A DNA stretch of 64,000 nt from assembly GCF_963921235.1 (NCBI RefSeq), contig NC_086097.1, positions 233,556,001 through 233,620,000 on the forward strand, given 5' to 3'. Below, piece by piece: positions 36,890 to 50,269 of this stretch (positions within the stretch are counted from its first letter, which is position 1; the number at the start of each line of letters is the position of its first letter). Below the pieces are notes generated by a model. That model saw only the letters and a list, made by a program, of their open reading frames with translations, ran no database searches and had not been told where the DNA came from. The stretch is from Mobula hypostoma (taxonomy: Eukaryota). Position numbers and translations under genes: made by a program.

Positions 36890-38707
36890 CATAAACTTAT
36901 ACATAATTTTAACAATAAAGGACAAGTCGAACAAAAAAGGAAGTCTATTCTAATGAAACTTTCTCAGAGATTAGATTGTACCCAGCAGAAGGACAAAACA
37001 TAAATAATACACAATGTTAACAATAAAGCACAAGTTGAACGAAAAAGGAAGTCCATTCTAATGCAAGGTTGTCAAGGTGCATTGTTAAACTGCAGTGATA
37101 GGGATTTTGCAGGCTATTTCAAGAAGCAAGTGGTTGTACTTGCTGGAAGTTATTTAACTGAGTCATTTGCATTGATTTAGATATTTATTTGGACAGTTTT
37201 CTTGCAGCATCTTCAGTCAGTTGCTTCATTGGGTAATTTCCCCCCATCTTACTATTGGATAAGAATCAGCATAAGGTTTACTATCACTGACAGATCTCGT
37301 GAAAGGTGTTGTTTTGTGGCAGCAATGCTATACATAAAATATACTATAACTTACACTATGAATTACTAACAAACAAACAAATAAGTAAATTGTGCAAAAA
37401 GAGAGGAAGATAGCGAATTAGTTTTCATGGACCATTCAGAAATCAGTGGAGATATGCAAATACCAATAATTCTATTTTAACTGCTTCACTAGGGAATTAT
37501 GAATAGAATTAGTCATAATCCCTCAGGGTAGTAAAGCAGTCAAAATCATCGTTCAACCACACTGTGATGCATATAATAAAGTCAAAGTTGAGTTTATTGT
37601 CATATGCATCAATACATTGCACATGTGCAATGAAAATCTTACTTGAAGCAGATCACAAGCACACAGCATCACACAAGAAGTATTCACAAGTAAGGACATA
37701 TTAAACAAATTATACACAATTTTAGCAGGAGACACAATTAGAGCAGCAAAACAGGAAGTCCACTCCAATGAAAAGTGGTCAAAGTGCATTGTTAAACTAC
37801 AGCGGTTAGGATTTTGCAGGTTGGTTCAAGAACAAAATGGTTGAAGGGAAGTACCTGTTGCTGAACTTCATGGTGTGGGAGTTCAGGCTTCTGTTCCTCC
37901 TATCTGATTAAATACATCCACGTGTTTGCAAACATTTGCAGTGGATAATACTCATCTCCAGAGCAATGTGTTCTAACCACTTTGCATTTAAATTCAACAG
38001 TATTATTACCACTGAATTCACTCACCATCAGCATTCAGGCCATTACAATAGGCCATTACAATCTGCTGGAGGAACTCAGTAGGTCAACAAGCAGACGTGA
38101 AGGGAAAGGAATTGTGAATCAAACCCTGTATCAGGACTGAGAATAAGGAGGGGAGATGGCAAATATAAAGAGAAGACGGGACTGATGAAACTCAAACACA
38201 AAATGCCATAGGAATTCAGCAGGTCAGGCAGCACCAATGAGGAGGCATAAACAGTCAACGCTTCTGGTCGAGACGGTTCATCATGATCTAAAATGTTGAC
38301 TGTGTGTTCTTCTCCATAGATGCTGCCTGACCTGCTGAGCTCCTCCAGCATTGTGTGTGTGCTGCTGTGGATTACCAGCATCTGCAGAATCTGTTCTGTT
38401 TGTGGAGTGATGAGCCTTAGGTGATTGGTGGACTGAGGAGGGGTGAAAGACGAAGGGCAGGTTGACCAGATAGGGGAAAGGAGGGGATGGAGTTGGAAGA
38501 CAGTGGTAAATCAATGATAGTTGGAAGCAGACAAAGAGATAAAGAGAGGCAGATAGAGTAAGGTGGGTAGAGGAGAGAGTGAAGGTTGGAGATAGCAGTT
38601 GGATAAGCAGATGATAAGCAGAAAAACAAAGAGCTACCAGTGCTGGAGTCCATGGTTTCCTGAAAGTAGCACTATAGGTGATAGGGTGGTGAAGAAATCA
38701 TTTAGCA

Positions 38708-38787
38708 AACGGGTTCCCAACCAGGGGTCCACAGACCACTCGGTTAATGGTAGGGGTCCATGGCATGGATAAGTTTGGGAACCCCAG
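38708..38787. mobile_element. 80-bp hAT-type MITE with 8-bp TSD, inside an old CR1
   Basis: GGGTTCCCAA / TTGGGAACCC inverted ends; TSD ATTTAGCA 38700-38707 / 38788-38795. Confidence 0.8.
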
Positions 38788-40498
38788 ATTTAGCATGTTT
38801 ACCTCTGCAGGATGGGGAATATGGGAGAATGAAAGTTACGATATCATGTTGCAACTTTATAAATCTTTGGTTAGATTACACTTGGAGCATTTCCAAATGT
38901 ACATAAAGTTGTACATTTTCTCCTATGATTTCCCTATCACTGACAAGGCTCACAGCCTGTATTTTCCATGATAATTCCTGCTAACCTTCATAAATAAAGC
39001 AACAACCTGAACTATACTCTAATCTCCCTGCAATTTATCTGTAGCTAATGGAGATGTAAAAATCTTTGTCTGGACTCCAGCTGCCTTGTTTCTTATAGAG
39101 CACTGGCATAGATCTTCTTGGGCCTGGGGGATTTTTCAATCCTTGTTCGCTCCTTGACAGCTAATACCTCCTTCTTAATATTAGCCTACCGCAGATGATC
39201 CAAGAATCTCTCTCAAAACTTAATACTTTTTCCTTAGTGAATCCAGGCATGAAGGATTGATTTAGGACTTTGTCCACATCACCTGGCTCCACTCACAAGT
39301 TATCCATTTGGTCCTTCTTGATCCTGATATACCTACAGATTGCCAAGGATATTTCATTTCTCCTTTTTTTTTCCCTCTTGAACTCTTCATGAAGTTCACC
39401 CCAACACACTACTTTTTTCCCTCAAGTTACTCCCAATTCCTGTTGCCTATACCTGACATATGTTGCCTTTCTTTTCCTGATCAAACCTCAAAATCCTTTG
39501 TCAGCTAAGTTTGTCCAATCTTGCCATCTTTGCTTTTCACCCTGACTGGAACATGTTGACCTGGGGTCCTTGGTAGCAACCTTTTAAAAAGACTCCGACC
39601 GGTCAGCTGTCTTTTCTGCTACCAGTTCACATTCACCAGTACTCTGAAATTATCCTTCACCCTATTCAAGACTGCATCATAAGGACCAACCTTTTCCTTA
39701 TCCATTAACCAGCTTGAAACATACAAAACTATAGTGACTGTTCCCAAAGATGGAGTCAATGGCTGAAGAACAGTTTGTATAATGACTTCAATATTCCTAG
39801 TGTTGTGTTTAGCAAATATTCTGTTCATCCAGTGCTGTACAGTGTTGTGACTGAGTCACGTGGAAGCTGTAACTAGGAAATATAAAAGTCTTTATTCACA
39901 CCGTGAGCCTTCAGGAGAGAGAGAGTCAAGTTCAAAGTACATTTATTAGCAAAGTATGTATGCATTACACAGCTTTGAGGTTTTTCTCCTTACAGGTAGC
40001 CACAAAACGAAAAATGCAGAAGAACCCATAAAATAAAAAAAAATGACAAACATTCAACTTGCAGAAAGAGAGGGGAAAAAAAATCATTCAAACAATAGAA
40101 GTAAGCAAATAGCACTTAGAATGAAAGTGAGTCCTCAGATACGAAGATCGGAACAGCCAGAACAGGCTAGTGAATCTCACTCTACTGACTTAAATTTTAT
40201 ACTTCTTCAACACACAGGTAATAATCATTAACTACAGTTTTCCCACTTTAAAGTTGGAATACAGTTAGGTAAATTTACAGAATTACTTATTTATAATGGT
40301 AGTATATCCCAACTAGCAGAACTCCTTTGCATATTCAATACTGGTGTCTATTGCAAAAGCTTCTTTGAGTACAAACTCCAAGCACACAAAATATGCCACT
40401 TTTGTTACAGTGTTGAAGGATGGCTCAATGACTATACACCTATCCAGAAGGTCAAATGATAAAACAGATTGAAACTTGTTGAATATTGAAAGGCCGAG

Positions 40499-43400
40499 AT
40501 AGAAACATAGAAACATAGAAAATAGGCCATTCAGCCCTTCGAGCCTGCACTGCCATTCAGTATGATCATGGCTGATCATCCAACTCAGAACCCTGTACCT
40601 GCCTTCTCTCCATACCCTCTGATACCTTTGGCCACAAGGGCCATATCTAACTCCCTCTTAAATATAGCCAATGAACTGGCCTCAACTGTTTCCTATGGCA
40701 GAGAATTCCACAGATTCACCACTCTCTGTGTGAAGAAGTTTTTCCTCATCTCAGTCTTAAAAGGCTTCCACTTTATCCTCAAACTGTGACCCCTTGTTCT
40801 GGGCTTCCCCAACATTGGGAACAATCTTCCTGCATCAAGCCTGTCCAATCTCTTTAGAATTTTATACGTTTCAATAAGATCCATAAGACCATAAGACCAT
40901 AAGACAAAGGAGCAGAAGTAGGCCAATCGGCCCATCGAGTCTGCTCCGCCATTTTATCATGAGCTGATCCATTTTATCCTATTTAGTCCCACTGCCCCGC
41001 CTTCTCACCATAACCTTTGATGCCCTGGTTACTCAGATACCTATCAATCTCTGCCTTAAATACACCCAATGATTTGGCCTCCACTGCTGCCCGTGGCAAC
41101 AAATTCCATAGATTCACCACCCTCTGACTAAAAAAATTTTTTCGCATTTCTGTTCTGAAAGGGCGCCCTTCAATCCTGAAGTCATGCCCTCTCGTACTAG
41201 ACTCCCCCATCATGGGAAACAACTTTGCCAAATCCACTCTGTCCATGCCTTTTAACATTCGAAATGTTTCTATGAGGTCTCCCCTCATTCTTCTAAACTC
41301 CAAGGAATACAGTTCAAGAGCGGACAAACGTTCCTCATATGTTAACCCTCTCATTCCCGGAATCATTCTAGTGAATCTTCTCTGTACCCTCGCCAACGTC
41401 AGCACATCCTTTTTTAAATAAGGAGACCAAAACTGCCCACAGTACTCCAAGTGAGGTCTCACCAGCGCCTTATAGAGCCTCAACATTACATCCCTGCTCC
41501 TATACTCTATTCCGCTAGAAATGAATGCCAACATTGCATTCGCCTTCTTCACTACTGACTCAACCTGGAGGTTAACTTTAAGGGAATCCTGTACGAGGAC
41601 TCCCAAGTCCCGTTGCATCTCAGAACTTTGAATTCTTTCCCCATTTAAATAATAGTCTGCCCGTTTATTTTTTCTGCCAAAGTGCATAACCATACACTTT
41701 CCAACATTGTACTTCATTTGCCACTTCTCTGCCCATTCTTCCAATCTATCCAAGTCTCTCTGCAGGTTCTCCGTTTCCTCAGCACTACCGGCCCCTCCAC
41801 CTATCTTCGTATCGTCAGCAAACTTAGCCACAAAGCCATCTATTCCATACTCCAAATCGTTGATGTACAATGTAAAAAGAAGCGGCCCCAACACTGATCC
41901 CTGTGGAAAACCACTGGTAACCGGCAGCCAACCAGAATAGGATCCCTTTATTCCCACTCTCTGTTTCCTGCCAATCAGCCAATGCCCTATCCATGTATGT
42001 AACTTTCCTGTAATTCTATGGGCTCTTATCTTGTTAAGCAGCCTCATGTGTGGCACCTTGTCAAAGGCCTTCTGAAAATCCAAATATACAACATCCACTG
42101 CATCTCCCTTGTCTAGCCTACTGGTAATTTCCTCAAAAAATTGTAATAGGTTTGTCAGGCAGGATTTTCCTTTAAGGAATCCATGCTGAGTTCTGCCTAT
42201 CTTGTCATATGCCTCCAGGTACTCTGTAACCTCATCCTTGACAATCGACTCCAACAACTTCCCAACCACCGACATCAAGCTAACAAGTTTATAATTTCCT
42301 GTTGCTTCCTTGCCCCCTTCTTAAATAGCGGAGTGACATTTGCAATCTTCCAGTCTTCCGGAACCATGCCAGAATCTATTGACTTTTGAAAGATCATCGC
42401 TAATGCCTCCGCAATCTCCACAGCTACTTCCTTCAGAACACGAGGGTGCATTCCATCTGGTCCAGGAGATTTATCGACCTTTAGCCTATTTAGCTTCCTG
42501 AGTACTTTCTCTGTTGTAATTGTGACTGCGCACACTTCTCTTCCCTGCCACCCTTGAGTGTCCGGTATCCTGCTGTCTTCCTCAGTGAAGACTGATGCAA
42601 GATACTTGTTCAGTTCCTCTGCCATCTCCTCATCTCCCATTACAATTTCTCCAGCATCATTTTCTATCGGTCCTATATCTACTCTCACCTGTCTTTTACT
42701 CTTTATATACTTGAAAAAGCTTTTAGTATCCTCTTTGATATTATTTGCTAGTTTCCTTTCATAGTTAATCTTTTCTCTCTTAATGACCTTCTTGTTTTCC
42801 TTTTGTAAGGTTTTAAAGACTTCCCAATCCTCTATCTTCCCACTAATTTTTGCTTCCTTGTATGTCTTCTCCTTAGCTTTAACTTTGGCTTTGACTTCTC
42901 TAGTCAACCACAGTTGTATCCTTCTTCTACTCGAAAATTTCTTCTTTTTTGGTATATACTTGTCTTGCACATTCCTCATTTCTCGCATAAACTCCAGCCA
43001 CTGCTGCTCTGCCGTCTTTCCCGCCAGTGTCTCTTTCCAGTCAACTTTGGCCAGTTCCTCTCTCATGCCACTGTAGTTTCCTTTACTCCACTGAAACTCC
43101 GACACATCAGATTTCGGCTTCTCTTTTTCTAATTTCACAGTGAACTCAATCATGTTATGATCACTGCCTCCTAAGGGCTCTTTCACCTCAATCTCTCGAA
43201 TCACCTCTGGTTCATTACACAATACCCAATCCAGTACAGCCGATCCCCTAGTGGCTCAACAACAAGCTGTTCTAAAAAGCCATCTCGCAGACATTCTACA
43301 AATTCTCTCTCTTGAGATCCAGTGCCGACCTGATTTTTCCAATCTACTCGCATGTTAAAATCCCCCACAATTATCATAACTCTGCCCTTCTGACAAGCCT

Positions 43401-44630
43401 TTTCTATTTCCAGTTGTAATTTGTAGTCCACATCCCTGCAGCTGTTTGGAGGCCTATAAATAACTGCCATCAGGGTCCTTTTACCCCTGCTATTCCTTAT
43501 CTCAACCCATAAAGATTCTGCACCTTCCGATCCTATATCACCTCTTTCTAATGATTTAATATCATTTCTTACCAATAAAGCCACGCCTCCCCCTCTGTCT
43601 ACCTTCCTATCCTTCCGATACACCGTGTATCCTTGGACGTTCAGCTCCCAGAGACATGCATCCTTTAGCCAGGTCTCAGTGATGGCCACAATGTCATACC
43701 TGCCAATCTGTAGCTCCCCCTTCAATCTTCTAAATTCCAGAGAGTATAAGCCTAGCTGATCCAGTCTTTCATCATATGAAAGTCCTGCCATCCCAGGAAT
43801 CAATCTGGTGAACCTTCTTTGTACTCCCTCTATGGCAAGAATGTCTTTCCTCAGATTAGGGGACCAAAACTGCACATAATATTCTAGGTGTGGTCTCACC
43901 AAGGCCTTGTACAACTGCAGTAGTACCTCCCTGCTTCTGTACTCGAATCCTCTTGCTATGCATGCCAGCATACCATTTGCCTTTTTCACCGCCTGCTGTA
44001 CCTGCATGCCCACTTTCAATGACTGGTGTATAATGACACCCAGGTCTCGTTGCACCTCCCCTTTTCCTAATCGGCCACCATTCAGATAATAATCTGTTTT
44101 CCTGTTCTTGCCACCAAAGTGGATAACCTCACATTTATCCACATTAAATTGCATCTGCCATGAATTTGCCCACTCACCTAACCTATCCAAGTCACCCTGC
44201 ATCCTCTTAGCATCCTCCTCACAGCTAACACTGCAGCCCAGCTTCGTGTCATCCACAAACTTGAAGATGCTGCATTTAATTCCCTCGTCTAAGTCATTAA
44301 TATATATTGTAAACAACTGGGGTCCCAGCACTGAGCCTTGCGGTACCCCACTCGTCACTGCCTGCCATTCTGAAAAGGTCCCGTTTATTCCCACTCTTTG
44401 CTTCCTGTCTGCCAACCAATTCTCTATGCACATCAATACCTTACCCCCAATACCGTGTGCTTTAAATTTGCACACTAATCTCCTGTGTAGGACCTTGTCA
44501 AAAGCCTTTTGAAAATCCAAATATACCACATCCACTGGTTCTCTCCTATCCACACTACCAGTTACATCCTCAAAAAATTCTATGAGATTCGTCGGACATG
44601 ATTTTCCTTTCATAAATCCATGCTGACTTC
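40499..44630 (-). mobile_element. CR1 family A ((TTTCTATG)n tail): 3' part 40499-40881 and RT part 43716-44630, split by a family B insertion
   Basis: Halves rejoin as AATAAGATCC|CCCTTCAATC; LDFQKAFDKV, GVPQGSVLGP, KFVDDTK. Confidence 0.93.
40882..43715 (-). mobile_element. CR1 family B, 2.8-kb 5'-truncated ORF2 (part of EN, RT, 3' UTR) with two frameshifts
   Basis: YDIVAITETWL, YRPPNS, GDFN, SDHN, KSPGPDG, QGSVLGP, FADD; (TCTTATGG)n tail. Confidence 0.96.
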
Positions 44631-44644
44631 ATCTGATTTCGTCT

Positions 44645-44975
44645 GATGTTTCCTATAGTGGAGGAGTCTAGGACCAGAGGACACAGATTGAGGATAGAAA
44701 GTTGCCCTTTAGAACAGAGATGAGGAAAAATTTCTCTAGCCAGAGGGTGGTGAATCTGTGGAATTTATTGTCACAGATGGCTGTAGGGGCCAAATCATTG
44801 TGTATATATAAAACAGAAGTTTCTAAGTTCTTGATTAGTCAGGGTGTCAAAGATTATGTGAAGAAGGCAGGAAAATGGGGTTGACAGGGATAATAAATCA
44901 GCCATGATGGAATGGCAGAGCAAACTTGTTGGGCTGTACAGGTTAACTCTGCTCTCATGTCTTATGGTTTTATGA
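44645..44975 (+). mobile_element. CR1 3' fragment; similar remnants at ~45545-45795, 46315-46570, 49880-50142 and 61230-61465
   Basis: PFRTEMRKNFSSQRVVNLWNLL and a 3' UTR. Confidence 0.82.
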
Positions 44976-47029
44976 TCCTAAGTGGTAGGGATATACCTTC
45001 AACAATGCACTAATGGCAGGAACATTCATCTGTTGTCTTTCTCCGATGTAGTTTCAATGGGGGAGAATCAGAATGTTCCACGCCCACATGACTGCTTTCA
45101 CGAGCCACAAAGTATCTGTTAGAAGTTAAACTATGCACAGGTTTTATTTCCTGAAATGTCCACAGGTTCTTATTTTATTTACTCCATAATTATGCTATCC
45201 ATAGTTTCATAACTCCAGTAAGATCCCTAACATACCGTACAGTATTTGGGGGCATCAAGAGAAGTGAAGGTGAAGTAAAGACAGTACGCATCAGGAAATG
45301 GATGTTGTTTTTTTGTATAAGTTTGCAAAGGACAGCATCTTGATGAGAACTAATAAAGACAGATCTTCAGGGACACTGGTAGTAATTGAGAAGGCATAGA
45401 AAAAGAGACAACTACAAATGATTCTCAGTCCATGACTGGCTAGGAAAGACAAGAAAGATGAGAATGCTATCTCAGTCATCTGGATGAGAGTGAGGAAGTG
45501 TTGGAAAGGCAATGAGTAGTCTATTGGATCAAGGAGTGTGAAAAAACATAGAATAATTCTTTAGGCAGACAGTGGTGAACCTGTGGAATTCATTGGCACA
45601 GAGGGCTGTGAAAATCAAGTCATTGGGTATATTTTTAAAGTGGAGATTAATAGGTTCTTGTTCACTAAGGGCATCAAAGATTATGGGAAAAAGGCAGGAA
45701 TGGGGTTGAGAAACATAATAAATCACCCATAATCAAATGGCACAGCAGACTCAATGGGCTGAATGACCTAATTCTGCTCCAGTGTCTTATGGTTTAACGA
45801 TCACAAGGATCGACTATCACTGCGGACTTCAATATGAATGGATTGTACCCTGTAGCACATTCACAAATATAATAGGAAAAATTCCAGCATGGATTTCTGG
45901 AAAAGAAATCTGGAAATCTGGGAGAGTATGATATCCTCAAGGATATGAGAAAATAAAGGAAAATTGGAGGCTGGGCAATTGTTTGCAAAGTTCAAAGGTT
46001 AGTATTTTAGAGAGCAGGATGATAGTAGTAGCTTTGAATGAGAGGAATAAAAACCCAAGTTGTAACGTACATTAGTGCTCGCTGCCTTTTACTAATGACC
46101 ATATCATGTGATATGACTTACAACACATTGTTATATTAACCACTGCAGTTAGTTGAGGGTTGATTATTTTCAACAAAGGATGTTTTGTTAGTGGCTCCAT
46201 TGTTTTATTTGCTTCCATGGACAATAGCAAGAAAGATCACCCAGATACTTTGGAGAGCCGAAGACTTTTTCACAGAGCAAAAATGGCTAACATGTGGGGC
46301 ATAATGTTAATGTTATTGGAGAAATGTTTAGGAGAATGTCAGAGGTTTATTTATACAGAGATTGGTGGGTGTGTGGAACATACTGCCAGTGGTGCTGGGA
46401 GAGGCAGATTTACTAGGAACAATTAAGAAACTCTTAGATGGGCGCATGGATGATAGAGAAGGAGGGCTACAAAGAAAGGAAGGGTTAGACTGATTATAAG
46501 GTTAAAAGGTCAGCACAATGTCGACTAAAAGGTCTGTACTGTGCTGTAATGTTCCACATTCCATATTCTCAAGAACTTACAGACATGGGACAGAAAGGGA
46601 ATCTGCAACAGAATGGTCAGATATGAAGCCCAGGAAGAGAAGCATTTGAAAAAGGTTTGGTTGAGCATGGAGACACTTCTCTTGGAAAAGGCTAGTTTGT
46701 GAAGATGACAAAGGTGTGTAATTTGGTATGAATATGGGGGTTTAGTTAAGTTGGTGATGGAGTAGGTTTAGCGAAGCCAGGCAACGACTGAATAAACTAC
46801 CTGTAGTTATCTGCTGTATATATTCAATCTGTATCCCTCAGACTGAAAATAATGGAGATGAGCTCTATCTGGGGGAACATCTAGTTGGGTGTCAGTGATG
46901 AGTGTGTGTGGGGAGGGGGTGGTACTTGAGATTAGTGTAATCTCTTGTTTTTCTATAGACTGACCACTTCATTGCCTGTAAAGAGCTTTGGGATGTCCTG
47001 ATTTTATGAGTATACTTTATAAGTACCCA

Positions 47030-48220
47030 CAAAGCTAAATCTTGTGACATAACGGGCAGCAGAGCTTCACTTACTGATGAGCTCAATGCATTCTATGCTC
47101 ACATTGACTCTAGAACAGGGAGTAACCATTGCACACGCCTATGGCTCCCAATGATCCTTTGATCGCAGTATCTGAAGATGACGGGCAGGCTTCCTTCAAG
47201 GGAGTGAATACAAGGAAAGCATCCAGTCCGGACAGAGTACCTGGCCAAGTCCTGAAGACCTGTGCTGGCAAACTGGCTGGTGTATTCATGGGTATCTTCC
47301 GGTTTTCGCTCCAACAGTGTGTGGTACCACCTGCTTCAAGCAGGCTTCAGTCGTACTGGTGCACAAGAAGAGCGTGGTAACCTGTCTAAATAACTATCAC
47401 CCAGTGACACTTACATCCACAGTGATGAAGTGTTTTGAGAGGCTGGTGTTGAATCATATCAGCACCTGTTTGAGTGGTGACTTGGATCCACTCCAATTTG
47501 CCTACTGAAGCAACAGGTCTACAGCAGATGCTATCTGCTTGGCTCTTCACACAAACCTGGGACATCTGGACAGCAAAGATACATACATTAGGATGCTCTT
47601 TATCGATTCCAGCTCAGCATTTAATACCACCATCCCCTCTAAACTAATCAGTGAACTCAGGACTTGGACCTGGAGTGCAACTGAATTCTGGATTTCCTCA
47701 CTTGTAGACCGCAGTCAGTTAAGATTAGCAAAAAAATCTCCTCGACAATTTCTATTAGCACAGGAGCACTGCAGGGATATGTACTTCGCCCCTGCTCCAC
47801 TTGCTTTACACCTATGACTGTGTGGCTAAGTACAGCTCCAACACCATGTACGCGTTTGCTGATGACACCACTGTTGTGGGCTGTATCAAAGGGGGTGATG
47901 AATCAGCATACAGGAAGGAGATTGAAACCTTGGCTGAGTCGTGTAATAACAAAAACCTTTCACTCAATGTCAATAAGACCAAGGAACTAATTGTAGACTT
48001 CAGAAGAGGGAAACTGGAGGTCCATGGGCCAATAATCATCAGAAGATCAGAGGTGGAGAGGGTCATTAACTTTAAATTTATGTGTGTCACTATCTCTGAG
48101 GAATAGTCCTTGACGCATCATATAAATATTATTGTGAAGAAAGCATGACAGAAACTTTAGTTACTCAGGAGTCTGTGGATGTTTGGAATGTCATTGAAAA
48201 CCTTGGCAAACTTCTATAAC
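47030..48220 (+). mobile_element. Rex1/Babar RT fragment
   Basis: [52 protein letters not shown]. Confidence 0.9.
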
Positions 48221-48540
48221 AACACACACAAGTGCTGGAGTTTGATGTTTTAGGCTAACACCCTACATTTAGTCCTGATGAAGGGTCTAAGCCTGAAATG
48301 TCGACTGTTTACTCTTTTCCATAGATGCTTCTTGGCCTGCTGAGTTCCTCCAGAACTGTGTGTGTGTTGCTTGGATTTCCAGTATGTGCAGATTTTCTCT
48401 TGTGTGCAAACTTCTGCAGATGTGTGTTGGGAAGTGTGCTGACTGGCTGCATTATGGGAACACCATTGCCTTTGAATGGAAAATCCTACAAAAAGTCATG
48501 GATTTGGCCCAGTACATAATGGGTGAAGCCCTCCCAAGAA

Positions 48541-49099
48541 AACACATGACAAACCAACTTAAAAACTGACAAAAACCACATAATTATAACATATAGTTAC
48601 AACAGTGCAAAGCAATACCGTAATTTGATAAGAACAGACCATGGCACGGCAAAAGTCTCAGAGTCTCTCGAAAGTCCCATCATTTCACGCAGGCGGTAAA
48701 CCTCCAGCGCCGCCAACTTGCCGATGCAACATCCTGGAAGCATCCGACCACAGTCCGACTCTGAGTCCATCGGAAAACTCCGAGCCTCCGACCAGCTCTC
48801 AGACACCGAGCACCGAGCACCGAGCACCATCTCTGCCGAGCGCTTCGACTCCGGCCCCGGCTACAGGCAAAAGGCAAAGCCAAGGATTTGGGGCCTTCCC
48901 CTCCGGAGATTCTCGATCGCACAGTAGCAGCGGCAGCGAAGCAGGCATTTCAGAAGTTACTCCAGGTGTTCCTCCGTGCTTCTCATGGCTGTCTCCATCA
49001 AATCCGGATTGTGCACGGCCCCCCCAGTCACACATATTGATATTCATTCGGAACGGCCGCGCGCGCAGCGTCGCACCGCTATCTTCTCCTCCCTCCTCC
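48541..49099 (-). mobile_element. Second copy of the CpG-rich non-autonomous retroposon
   Basis: Reverse-complement similarity to 21257-21830. Confidence 0.85.
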
Positions 49100-50269
49100 T
49101 AATTATTTATTTATATCTGTTTTTGCACACTTTGTTTACAGTTTACAGTTACTGTTCTACAGATTTGCTAAGTACGCCCACAGAAAAAGAAGCTCAGGGT
49201 TGTATGTGGTGATATGTATGTACTCTAATAATAATTTTTACTTTGAAATCTGGTACGTCCTGATGAAGGGTCTCGACCTGAAATGTTGGACCTTTATTCC
49301 TTTCATGGATGCTGCCTGACTTGCTGAGTTCCTGTAACAATTTGTCTGTGTGTTACTTTATAAGTTCCTTACTTGCCATCTGAGAATTTAAAAGTAAATG
49401 ATCTTGAATGCCAGTTCGTGTCATCCTAGGTGAATAGATAAGTAGAGAAGTTCACCCAGCCCATTGTGCTCATTCTTTGTACAATGTAAATACTTGATCC
49501 AGTTTCATAGATTAGCTGTCAGCCTTGGATTTTAGCATAAAGCCTAGACTTTATCTGCAACGTAGCACTGTCTGATGTGTAGTTCTTCAGACAAGACTTC
49601 AGATTGATTGTCTATTTACCCTTGCAGGTGAACTCAGCAGATAGAATGACATTACGCTAATGATACACAGGTGAGTTCTCCACAGGTATATTGGCTATTA
49701 ACTATGGCTCAGTCATCAACAGTGAAAATCACAGATTATCTGGTTATTATTACAATGCAATTTGTGAGAAAAGCCTATGTGAAAATTAGTTAGTTTGTTT
49801 TCTATATTACAACAATGACTATTCTTAATGAAATGAATGATATGGCTTTAAAAATCTTAATCAGCTCCTGAGGCAATTGAAGTAAAAAGAAAGGCAAGTG
49901 TTTTTAGTCAGAGGCTGCAGTTTCCATTTGTTGAATTCAGTGCCACAGACAGCTGCGGAGGCCAAACATTGGTTATGTTTAAAGTGCAGGTTGATTGCTT
50001 CTTGAGCAGTAAGGGTGTCAAAGGTTATGGGGAGAAGGCAGAAGTTTGGGATTGACGGGGATAACAAATCAACCGTGATGGAATGGTAGAACAGACTCAA
50101 TGAGGTGAATGGCCTAATTCTGCTTCAATGTCTTATGGTCTTACTTTTGCCTTATTTAATCTGGTGAAGGCCATATTTAGAAGTACGCTATCTTTCCCGT
50201 AATATTAAATGTTTTGAATAATTTATCAAGGTAATAAGTAAAATAATGGTTTTATTCAAAATACAATTA

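Noticed and set aside
43201..44613. 470-aa ORF with RT before EN, suggesting a new domain order
   Set aside because: Chance in-frame junction at ~43715 between CR1-A RT and the 5'-truncated CR1-B inserted into it; the RT motif reads FVDD.
45240..45960. Apparently unique, exon-like purine-rich DNA
   Set aside because: Resembles a very old CR1-type endonuclease region (a DFN-like motif near 45826); low confidence either way.
48597..49102. Overlapping ORFs of up to 153 aa in a GC-rich element
   Set aside because: Explained by stop-codon scarcity in GC-rich DNA; frames are not preserved in the second copy at 21257.
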